This document shows, piece after piece, positions 37,180 to 44,988 of a stretch of 51,222 bases of DNA. The notes beneath the pieces are model-generated. The model saw only the letters and a list, made by a program, of their open reading frames with translations, was not told the origin of the DNA and did not search any database. The DNA lies in the IMG/VR virus record IMGVR_UViG_3300033067_000202, positions 1 to 51,222 of that record. One strand, written 5' to 3'. This stretch comes from a virus. Its lineage: Duplodnaviria > Caudoviricetes. Position numbers and translations under genes: made by a program. Numbering within the stretch: position 1 is the stretch's first letter; each line of letters starts with the position of its first letter.

Positions 37180-39246
37180 CTATTTAATCTTAGTCTTTTG
37201 TAATAAATTATCACCCATATCTAAATCAAACTCTAATGGTACATTGAAATCAACATTAAATCTTAGTTTAATCATTTCTTTAGTAGCTGCAAATCCCTCC
37301 CTAAATATTTGAATCATAAGGTCTATTTCATCTGAATGACAGTCTGCTACAATAGAATCATGTACAGTGAGTACAAGTCTAGACCTAACCTTATGTTTTA
37401 TCATTAGATTATGTATCAATATCATAGTAATAGGAAGTATATCACCTGTAGCAAACCCTTGAACTTCATAATTCTTTATCTGAGTGGCATAACTAACAGA
37501 ACCATTCTCACGTTGAGTTATATGAGGAAACGCATAATACCTACCACTAGGTGAGCGTATCATCTTGAATTGTAAGGCTTCTTCAATTAATCTTTGATGC
37601 CAAGCAAATATACCTGTATACCTAGAAAAGAAGTATTCAAAGTAATGTTTTTGTGCTGTTGTGCCTGAAACTCCTCCAAAAAGCGGTCGGAATGAGAATT
37701 TTTTAGCATCTTGTCTAGTAATGTCTTCACCACCCTCTATAAGAGCATTCATAGTTTGAGTATGAATATCTATATGATTTACTATATCTTCTATAGCATT
37801 AACACACTGAGCATTGAAAGCAGCAACCCGAAACTCCAACTGAGCATAATCCGCATTAAGAAGTTTACCACCCTTAAACCTAGATACAAATACCTTTCTA
37901 ATAGGAAAAGTGGACTCTCTAGGTTGGTTCTGAAGATTAGGTCTAGTGCTAGATAACCGACCAGTAGAAGTAATACATTGATTGAATGTAGTGTGTAATA
38001 TCCAGTTATCTTCTACATTCTTACGAATACCTTCAACAAAGCTAGATAAATAGGTTGAGATAGCATTATATTCCATTAACAGCTTAAGGAACTCTTTAGC
38101 CTCTTTAGATATATCTGTTAGTATAAGTTCTTCTAAAACATCCTTAGCTGTACTAAAACCCCCAGCAGAGGCATACTCACTAGATATAGGGCTTAATTGA
38201 AATCCTGCTACTTCAGGTAGTACATCATATAATATACCTGCTTTTTCACAAGTATGACATACATTAAGTCTTTTCTTAGGGTTGCCATCTTTCTTATACA
38301 ACTGAACATAACCCTTACCTTCACAGTGAGGACATTGCCTAGCTTTAGTCTTATGTACAGGCGTAGTTTCAGTCTTTAATAACTTCTCAAACTGCCAAGG
38401 TTTATAGCGTTTCGGGTATTCTTCACTTAAACCAAATATAAGTGACCATGAAGTTTTATCTTTAACTTTAAGGGAATATACAACCTGAGACATATGTTCA
38501 GGACTATTCAAGTTAATAGGAGTATGTCCCATAACCTGTTGTAATATAGTGGTAAGTCTAGCCTCAAGCTCTTTATGTTTAGCTTTAAACTCTTCTTCCA
38601 CCTTATCTAAGGCTTCTTTATCTACCTTAACACCATTACGCTCAACATCAATAAGAACTGGTAGAAACTCATTCATCAACTTCAGGGGAGCTATTTGAGC
38701 AGCCATGATAGTATCTGTTTTCAGTACGTCCTTTTGTTTAAGGTATAGTTGAAAGGTAGACTCTATATCCTGCTTACCATAGCGTATAAGCTCAGTTAAA
38801 GGTACTTGATTAACATTAAGTCCTTGCTTACCACAATACTCATCCAAAATATCTAACTTATCTTCAAGATTATATCTTTTAAGAGTCTCAGCTAAACTCA
38901 AGGGAACTTTAAGTCCCATAGCTTTTATGTACTCAAATATCATGGTATCAAAGTATCTACCATTAAAGGTAAAGCCAGCTTCTAATAGCCATGACATATC
39001 AAACTTAAGGTTATGTCCAACAATCATATCAGAGTTATCTAATATCTTTTGGAACTTCCTGAAGTTAATAGCTATAATAGCAGGGTCTACCTCAACATGA
39101 TTGAACATGAGATAGTCTTGAATACCTGATGTAGTTTTGTACCCGATAGAGACAAGTTTATTTAATGGGTTATAAGGAGAAGGGTCTGAATCATCCCTGC
39201 CCCAAGTCCCTTGATATGTGGTCTCGATATCGAGCACGGTCTGCAT
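37180..39246 (-). CDS. polA: family A DNA polymerase with 3'-5' exonuclease and DnaJ-type zinc-finger insert
   Basis: LDIET, GHNLKFD, TGRLSS..PNLQN, DYAQLE, VHDS; CPHCEGKG and CHTCEKAG. Confidence 0.95.
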   Translation of the reverse strand: MQTVLDIETTYQGTWGRDDSDPSPYNPLNKLVSIGYKTTSGIQDYLMFNHVEVDPAIIAINFRKFQKILDNSDMIVGHNLKFDMSWLLEAGFTFNGRYFDTMIFEYIKAMGLKVPLSLAETLKRYNLEDKLDILDEYCGKQGLNVNQVPLTELIRYGKQDIESTFQLYLKQKDVLKTDTIMAAQIAPLKLMNEFLPVLIDVERNGVKVDKEALDKVEEEFKAKHKELEARLTTILQQVMGHTPINLNSPEHMSQVVYSLKVKDKTSWSLIFGLSEEYPKRYKPWQFEKLLKTETTPVHKTKARQCPHCEGKGYVQLYKKDGNPKKRLNVCHTCEKAGILYDVLPEVAGFQLSPISSEYASAGGFSTAKDVLEELILTDISKEAKEFLKLLMEYNAISTYLSSFVEGIRKNVEDNWILHTTFNQCITSTGRLSSTRPNLQNQPRESTFPIRKVFVSRFKGGKLLNADYAQLEFRVAAFNAQCVNAIEDIVNHIDIHTQTMNALIEGGEDITRQDAKKFSFRPLFGGVSGTTAQKHYFEYFFSRYTGIFAWHQRLIEEALQFKMIRSPSGRYYAFPHITQRENGSVSYATQIKNYEVQGFATGDILPITMILIHNLMIKHKVRSRLVLTVHDSIVADCHSDEIDLMIQIFREGFAATKEMIKLRFNVDFNVPLEFDLDMGDNLLQKTKIK

Positions 39247-39265
39247 TAAATAATCCTTTATGTAA

Positions 39266-39341
39266 TGGGGTGACAGGAGGAACTTGCATCCTCTAACAAC
39301 GGAATCACAATCCGTCAGCTCACTATATTGCCTTCTGCCAC
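39266..39341 (-). tRNA. non-canonical tRNA-His(GTG)
   Basis: 76 nt; acceptor GTGGCAG/CTGTCAC, C73, encoded CCA, anticodon arm ACGGA-TTGTGAT-TCCGT, T-arm GAGGA-TGCAAGT-TCCTC. Confidence 0.8.
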
Positions 39342-39350
39342 GCTCGGAAA

Positions 39351-39410
39351 GGGATGGTAGACTGTTGTACTTTTCTACTAATCAACCTAGTTTTGCAACT
39401 TCGGCATCCC
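39351..39410 (-). ncRNA. 60-nt three-way-junction RNA candidate
   Basis: GGGATG/CATCCC closing stem, GTT-GCAA-AAC and GTAGA/TCTAC hairpins. Confidence 0.4.
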
Positions 39411-39420
39411 ATATTAAAAT

Positions 39421-39616
39421 CCCTGTGCAAGGTTACTACCCTTGTTTCCTGCGATTACTAACGTAACCTATCTAAAGGTTCACAGCCTATTGTGAGTAGG
39501 ATTGTCTTTGTGCAGCAACTCTTATAAACTAGGCCTAATGGTGGCACTTCTGTCCTCGGAAGGAACAGCACTAGTGGTTGTTTTATGGGCTTGCGACCAT
39601 CGGTAACGACACAGGG
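39421..39616 (-). ncRNA. 196-nt structured RNA candidate with 7+5 bp acceptor/T-arm geometry
   Basis: CCCTGTG/CACAGGG plus CAAGG-GTAGTAA-CCTTG, and several internal hairpins. Confidence 0.6.
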
Positions 39617-39624
39617 TAAATCAA

Positions 39625-39804
39625 TTAGTCATTAAATATTTCATCATCAAGGTCTATATCTTCAAATTCTGAAATATCATCATCAGATATATCCTCAAAG
39701 AAAGGATGGTCTTCTGCTTTTCCATCATAAGTACGTAAAATCTTTTCCCTATTAAGGTATTCTTTTTCATTTTGAATTAAGTCTAATTTTTTAAATTCAC
39801 CCAT
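39625..39804 (-). CDS. 59-aa acidic protein (not in track)
   Basis: GAGGAG SD; ...EDISDDDISEFEDIDLDDEIFND. Confidence 0.6.
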   Translation of the reverse strand: MGEFKKLDLIQNEKEYLNREKILRTYDGKAEDHPFFEDISDDDISEFEDIDLDDEIFND

Positions 39805-40105
39805 TGTCTTGCTCCTCTAAAACATCATTAAATAACTCTATAATATTTATGTAATTAGTCCCCATCCTTTTAGCATAGTGAGAACCGCCATCAACAGCAG
39901 TTGAGCCACAAGAGCATAAGACATAATCGTGTCTATTCTTAGAGCGTATAAAGTAGTTACAAATACCACATATAGCCGCATTAACATAAATATTTCCTAT
40001 ATTAAACCTGTCTCTCCATGCTTTATCTGAACCTCTATGTGAGAAGTTATGGTAATCCTCCGAGGGATAATATCTTTCATCAATAATCTTTTTCGGCCCA
40101 TTCAT
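39797..40105 (-). CDS. zinc-finger hypothetical phage protein
   Basis: CGIC...S..RHDY..CSCG...VDGG. Confidence 0.75.
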   Translation of the reverse strand: MNGPKKIIDERYYPSEDYHNFSHRGSDKAWRDRFNIGNIYVNAAICGICNYFIRSKNRHDYVLCSCGSTAVDGGSHYAKRMGTNYINIIELFNDVLEEQDNG

Positions 40106-40111
40106 AACAGT

Positions 40112-40140
40112 ATCCTATCACATTTTAGTGTTAAAGTCAA
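40112..40140 (-). promoter_or_regulatory. sigma70-type promoter, probably giving a leaderless mRNA
   Basis: TTGACT-17 nt-TAGGAT; shares TGCTTGACTTT with the SSB promoter; ATG lies 6 nt after the -10. Confidence 0.7.
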
Positions 40141-40187
40141 GCAGTAGATTTAAGAATATGAAAATAAATATTAGGACTAAGCCTTTA

Positions 40188-40706
40188 TCACGGTCTTTCA
40201 TAACCATATCTTTCAAGTAGTTCATCCATTAGTATCGGAGTATAATCAATGTGTTCACAACTAACACAAACATACCTAAGGTCATCTAATTTATTAGCAT
40301 GTAAGTGTCCATGTATATTTAACTTCCATCTAGAAAGACTTTCAGGATGAATAGGTATATGTGACAAGATAACTTTAGGGTCACCTAATGCTCTTACACC
40401 ATAAATATCTCTAAAATATTGTGTATAAAATTTAGTGGCATAAACATCATGATTACCTCTAATCAACACCTTAGTACCATTACATCTAGCAAGTAACTTA
40501 GTACCTTCTTTATTCATGGATACATCACCTAAATGATACACCTTATCTGCTGGTTTAACTATTTTATTCCAGTTATCAATAATGGTTTCATCATGTTCCT
40601 CTATTGTTTTGAACGGACGTAGAGGAGTGCCATCAGCTCTTTTAAAAGTAAGTATATTAGCATGACCAAAATGTGTATCAGATATTAGGAATGTACGTTG
40701 ACTCAT
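40188..40706 (-). CDS. metallophosphoesterase
   Basis: SDTHFGH, HLGD, GNHD, SHIP, HGHLH. Confidence 0.9.
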   Translation of the reverse strand: MSQRTFLISDTHFGHANILTFKRADGTPLRPFKTIEEHDETIIDNWNKIVKPADKVYHLGDVSMNKEGTKLLARCNGTKVLIRGNHDVYATKFYTQYFRDIYGVRALGDPKVILSHIPIHPESLSRWKLNIHGHLHANKLDDLRYVCVSCEHIDYTPILMDELLERYGYERP

Positions 40707-40707
40707 A

Positions 40708-40995
40708 TTAATCCTTCTGTACTGTTAGTACCCCATTATCTACAAGTATTTGTAATATACCTGAAACTGAACTTATATAATCTACTTTATCTTCAACTAA
40801 CTTAACTACTTCATTGAAAGTTAAAGCTATAAGTGCTGTTTTTCTGCCAGCTTTATACCCTTTATAAGAAGATTCAACATAAGAATGATTAAATACTCCT
40901 GTGCCCCTATCTCTACGAGCAAAATGTTCCATGTTATAGCCTATTTGCATATCTAACATAGTCTTAATAAAGTCTTGTCTTAATTGTTCTTCCAT
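40708..40995 (-). CDS. hypothetical protein
   Basis: ORF with AGGAG SD. Confidence 0.6.
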   Translation of the reverse strand: MEEQLRQDFIKTMLDMQIGYNMEHFARRDRGTGVFNHSYVESSYKGYKAGRKTALIALTFNEVVKLVEDKVDYISSVSGILQILVDNGVLTVQKD

Positions 40996-40996
40996 A

Positions 40997-41626
40997 TTAT
41001 GAGTCTCCTGAATGTATTCTTGGTGAAACGCCTGTAAATACTTTAGTACCTGAAGCTTTTACAAATACTTCCCCTAATTTTTCATAGGTATCTTTGGGTA
41101 CAGTAAATCCTTTAGCACCATATTTAATTACCCGTTTAAAAGTACTACCTAGTTGGTTGATATTATTAATTCTAATTTCTTTATTAGCTAAATCTAACAG
41201 GGAAAGATTACCACAATATAGATTCATAGCATTAAAAGGTTGTGTATCTAATGCAAACATACATATAGTAATATCAAAGTCAGCAAATAAAGCTTCTATA
41301 CTAGGGTAATATTGTCTACGAATAACATTAATTAGATTACCTGCGTATTGATATAAGAAAGATTTATCCGTAGTACTTATAAGTGTGGCTTCTTCCATAT
41401 TATCTAAATTATTCTTTAGCTGTAACATACTGGCTTCACTATTAAAGAATACATCATAATCATTTGAATTATTTGCATTTCTAAGTAAGGAGGTTACAGC
41501 ACCACCAGCTAACCAAGCACCGCCCGGAATTAAATTAGATATTGTTTTCCAAACACTTATAGTAGTATGTGTCTCAGGTATCTCTTGTCTATCTAAATAA
41601 AATCTTAAATTAAATACCTCTGTCAT
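40997..41626 (-). CDS. nucleotidyltransferase (CCA-adding/poly(A) polymerase head-domain-like)
   Basis: LAGGAV...NDYDVFF (GG plus DxD), FDITIC, R..KY..KGF. Confidence 0.75.
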   Translation of the reverse strand: MTEVFNLRFYLDRQEIPETHTTISVWKTISNLIPGGAWLAGGAVTSLLRNANNSNDYDVFFNSEASMLQLKNNLDNMEEATLISTTDKSFLYQYAGNLINVIRRQYYPSIEALFADFDITICMFALDTQPFNAMNLYCGNLSLLDLANKEIRINNINQLGSTFKRVIKYGAKGFTVPKDTYEKLGEVFVKASGTKVFTGVSPRIHSGDS

Positions 41627-41627
41627 A

Positions 41628-41760
41628 CTACAATCCTTGTTTATTGTTAATTATTACTTGGTTACACCAATAGTAAAATAAATCTTCAGGTAATTCTTGT
41701 TTCATTCTATTTATTATATTACACACTAATTGTATATTACCAACTTCCGCACTTTTTCAT
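41628..41760 (-). pseudogene. internally deleted, frameshifted HNH-type endonuclease remnant
   Basis: Coupled start MKKCG, then out of frame EVGNIQLVCNIINRMKQELPEDLFYYWCNQV. Confidence 0.65.
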
Positions 41761-42965
41761 TAAACTACGATACGACTAAGATATGGTTGAATTATACAGT
41801 TGATACGAGCATCATTGCCCCCTAGCTTAGACTTAGCTACATATATACGCCTAAAGTTAGCTGATGCCTCATCTTGTACAGGGTAACTTCCTAAAGTCAA
41901 TAGTAAGTCTACGTTAGCAGTCTTATCAACCCTAGAGCCAGCCAACTGATTCTGTTCTATGATTAATTCCCCGAAGGTATCACCATTAGTTTGACTAGTA
42001 CCAAGTACAGTAATGTTATGCTTCTTAGCTATTTCCCTAGCAGTTTCATATATCTTAGCTAGTCGTTGGTCTTCCCTAGCATATGTGCCACCTATCTTAA
42101 CTTTATCTAGCATATCAATGAGGACTATATCTGCTGAGAATTTCTTGATAATATGCTCTAACTTACTGAAAGTCATGGAGTAATCATCAATAGGGTATAT
42201 ATTATCTTTAATCTTAGCGAATAGCTTATTAGCTTCTGATGGATTTTTATTAATCTCGTCCCTAGTCATACCAGTATAAGAACTATATGCCCTAAGAACA
42301 GTCCTACGCATATCTTCTTCATTACCTATATAGACACACTTAGCCCCTTGTTCTGCAAACCCATTAGGCCCGAATGTGAAGCTGATACCCATACAGGATT
42401 TACCACTATTAACAGGGCCAGCAAATACACCAAACACTTGAGGGCCGATTGGGCCGACTGCTTTATCTAATTCAGGTATATTGAAGTGCCACTTGTAGGA
42501 TTTACTTACATCATCTAATAGAGAACTTAAATCAGTATTAACTAGATTAACATCCTCTTTAGTAACATCAGTATCCATCAAACGTTGTATCTCACTGAAA
42601 TCTTCATTATTACCTTTAGAGATATTAAGAGCAGCCTCAGCTATACGTAATGCTTTAAGTTCAACTAAAGCTCTATTAACTACTTGGTCTATAACATCAG
42701 GAGATAGAACCTCAGCTTTATCAACTTTACTTAAGACATCTTTGATGACGTTCTTATTAGCATCAGTTAAGGTTGGAAAACGTATGTTATGGATATACCA
42801 TATTTCTCTACAGGTTACATCACCTTTAGTTGTGGTATGAGTTTCCTCTAAAGAATCATATAGGTCATGAAGTATCTCAGGGAATACCTCTTTATCCATA
42901 CGATGCTTATAAGTTTCCCATGCAGCTTTAGTTAGTAACAGTTTGAATAATTCTATTTTGTCCAT
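41760..42965 (-). CDS. DnaB-like (SF4) replicative helicase
   Basis: AGPVNSGKS, GNEE, IDMLDK, SQT, AKSKL. Confidence 0.9.
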   Translation of the reverse strand: MDKIELFKLLLTKAAWETYKHRMDKEVFPEILHDLYDSLEETHTTTKGDVTCREIWYIHNIRFPTLTDANKNVIKDVLSKVDKAEVLSPDVIDQVVNRALVELKALRIAEAALNISKGNNEDFSEIQRLMDTDVTKEDVNLVNTDLSSLLDDVSKSYKWHFNIPELDKAVGPIGPQVFGVFAGPVNSGKSCMGISFTFGPNGFAEQGAKCVYIGNEEDMRRTVLRAYSSYTGMTRDEINKNPSEANKLFAKIKDNIYPIDDYSMTFSKLEHIIKKFSADIVLIDMLDKVKIGGTYAREDQRLAKIYETAREIAKKHNITVLGTSQTNGDTFGELIIEQNQLAGSRVDKTANVDLLLTLGSYPVQDEASANFRRIYVAKSKLGGNDARINCIIQPYLSRIVV

Positions 42966-43263
42966 CTAAGTCCCTTAATTTCTTTATATATTCTTCTGGA
43001 GAAAGTTCACCTTTATCTCTATTACACTTCAAGCAAGATAGAATCATATTATGTTTAGCATTAGTACCACCTTTAGCTTTAGGTATTCTATGGTCTATTG
43101 TTGCATAGGTAAGACTTGTAACTGAACTATTAGTACATTCAATCCCACAATATGAACATAATTTACTTATAGACAATAGATGTTTACGTATTCTCATACG
43201 TTTTATATGTTTAAGTTTTGTAGACATATCAAAAACTTTCTTCAAAAGAATCCCAGCCATCAC
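42928..43263 (-). CDS. HNH endonuclease
   Basis: CSYCG...TIDHRIPKAKGG.N...N...SCLKCN..KG. Confidence 0.88.
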   Translation of the reverse strand: MMAGILLKKVFDMSTKLKHIKRMRIRKHLLSISKLCSYCGIECTNSSVTSLTYATIDHRIPKAKGGTNAKHNMILSCLKCNRDKGELSPEEYIKKLRDLDGQNRIIQTVTN

Positions 43264-43462
43264 CCTCTCTAAAGTAATATCTTGGATTGATGACTACACC
43301 TATTGATAGATTATTATTTATAGTTTTCTTTAATTCATTTATAATTATAGAAGCTTCACCCCTAGTTTTAGGTTCTATAGAATTTTTTCCTAAAGCTCTA
43401 GACATATTTCTTATAGCATTACATTGAGCTTCTGTAGGACTTAACTTTTTCCAATCACCCAT
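43229..43462 (-). CDS. hypothetical protein
   Basis: Probable start MGDW after AAGGA; PTEAQ...TRGEAS..I motif. Confidence 0.6.
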   Translation of the reverse strand: MGDWKKLSPTEAQCNAIRNMSRALGKNSIEPKTRGEASIIINELKKTINNNLSIGVVINPRYYFREGDGWDSFEESF

Positions 43463-43463
43463 A

Positions 43464-44276
43464 TTAATATCCTTTAAATAAATTAATAATTTCATCCACA
43501 GACATATCTTTAATATCTTTTTCAATGAGCACGATTATAACATGTTTACAAATTAAGTCAAGTGTTTTCTTTAACTCTATTGCTTTTATGGAAGCATCTT
43601 TATCCAAACAGATGATGATAGTAGTATACTTCTCGAACTGGAATAGATAGTCAGAATGTAAGGTAGTACCTGATAGAGCAATACCTGTGAGTTCTATATT
43701 AGCAACATTAATAGCAGAAAGTATATCTTCAACAATAACAGCAGTTTGAGTATTAGTTCCACACACCCAAGGTGTCTTAATACTATTAGGATATATGTAA
43801 GCCTTTGGTTTAGCTCTAAATCTTAATGCCCTACCCATAGCCCCTACTATATTCCCAAGGGTATCCTTATGAAAAAAGACTTGACGATTAAGTTTAGGGT
43901 CATAAGAAGTTTCATAATAACCTTGAGAGTAGAGTTTTAATATATTATACTTTAAACCCATTCTAATGCCATCCTCAGAAGCGAAGCCTTTAATTAGGTA
44001 GTCAGGTAGCTTAAACCCCCTTGAAGTATCCTGTATAGCCTTCCTATTGAGAATTTGACCTATAGTTGAAGATACACTCTCCCTACTTAAAGTAACTTGC
44101 TCCCTGCCTCTATATCTACATGAAGAAGAAAAACAATTAAATACATACCCTAATATACTTCTAGTAACACCCATCTTATTTTTCTTAAAACATTTAGGAC
44201 AATCAATATAAGTAGTACTACCTATAGGTAGACTTGAAGCCAATTCTTTAAGTTTAGAATTAATAATCCTAGACAT
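43464..44276 (-). CDS. DNA primase (zinc finger plus TOPRIM)
   Basis: CPKC/CFSSSC, VEDILSA, ALSGT, LDKDA, KDIKD. Confidence 0.88.
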   Translation of the reverse strand: MSRIINSKLKELASSLPIGSTTYIDCPKCFKKNKMGVTRSILGYVFNCFSSSCRYRGREQVTLSRESVSSTIGQILNRKAIQDTSRGFKLPDYLIKGFASEDGIRMGLKYNILKLYSQGYYETSYDPKLNRQVFFHKDTLGNIVGAMGRALRFRAKPKAYIYPNSIKTPWVCGTNTQTAVIVEDILSAINVANIELTGIALSGTTLHSDYLFQFEKYTTIIICLDKDASIKAIELKKTLDLICKHVIIVLIEKDIKDMSVDEIINLFKGY

Positions 44277-44288
44277 ATAATATTCCTC

Positions 44289-44317
44289 TTGACATTCTAT
44301 ATGAAGTCTGTTATAAT
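44289..44317 (+). promoter_or_regulatory. consensus sigma70 promoter oriented against the local genes
   Basis: TTGACA-17 nt-TATAAT. Confidence 0.75.
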
Positions 44318-44332
44318 AAGCATGTTGCTTGT

Positions 44333-44510
44333 TACTTAAAGTTTACCTTAAGGTTACTTAAGATACCTATAGGTTATACTTAAAGTATACTTATAGTATT
44401 ATTTATAGTTATATTTATATAATAGTATACCTATAGGTATACCTTAAGATAATACTTTTAATATACTTCAATAGTACTTTAAGTATATACCTTAAGGTAA
44501 CCTATAGGTA
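44333..44510. repeat. AT-rich array of short palindromes; candidate replication origin
   Basis: ACCTTAAGGT at 44345 and 44489; ACCTATAGGT at 44365 and 44500; 18-bp palindrome at 44425-44442; ACTTAAAGT variants. Confidence 0.7.
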
Positions 44511-44554
44511 GCCTACCAACAGGTTAGGTTTAAATTAACCCATTGTTCATTCAA

Positions 44555-44866
44555 CTAGTAACGACGAGCACTACGTGAAGCTGAAGAAGATGTAGCAGTT
44601 GAAGCAGTATCAAACTTCAAAGCATTAACTGACATTTTAGTGCCACGAGCTTTGATAATCTGAAGGGCTTCAATAAGAGCATCAACGCTATCAAGAGTCA
44701 CCATAGCACGGTTAGTACCAAGGCGGTTAGAGATACGAATAGCTTTACCATTCTCAGTAAGAGCAACGATGTTATCCAAGTAACCTTTTGAATTAGCTAC
44801 TTTAATCTGCTTTACTGGACGGGTTTCTTCAACATTAACGATAGTAAGTTTTGCATTGTTAGACAT
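44555..44866 (-). CDS. hypothetical basic protein
   Basis: AAGGA SD; isolated ORF. Confidence 0.7.
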   Translation of the reverse strand: MSNNAKLTIVNVEETRPVKQIKVANSKGYLDNIVALTENGKAIRISNRLGTNRAMVTLDSVDALIEALQIIKARGTKMSVNALKFDTASTATSSSASRSARRY

Positions 44867-44988
44867 AGTATTTCCTTTATAGAATTGTTTTTAAATAATA
44901 ATTAGTAGTTTAGTTTAGTCTAGATATATAGGCAAGCCTAAGTAACCTTCATATACTTTCTCCTTTATCATTAGTTAATATCTGTTAA

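Noticed and set aside
39585-39600. Twister ribozyme (GGTCGCAAGCCC resembles the P4 loop)
   Set aside because: No complementary pseudoknot partner or UAA cleavage strand found; it reads equally well as a GCAA hairpin.
44333-44510. CRISPR array
   Set aside because: Units are ~10 bp palindromes without unique spacers. The Cas4-like gene is an ordinary phage exonuclease.
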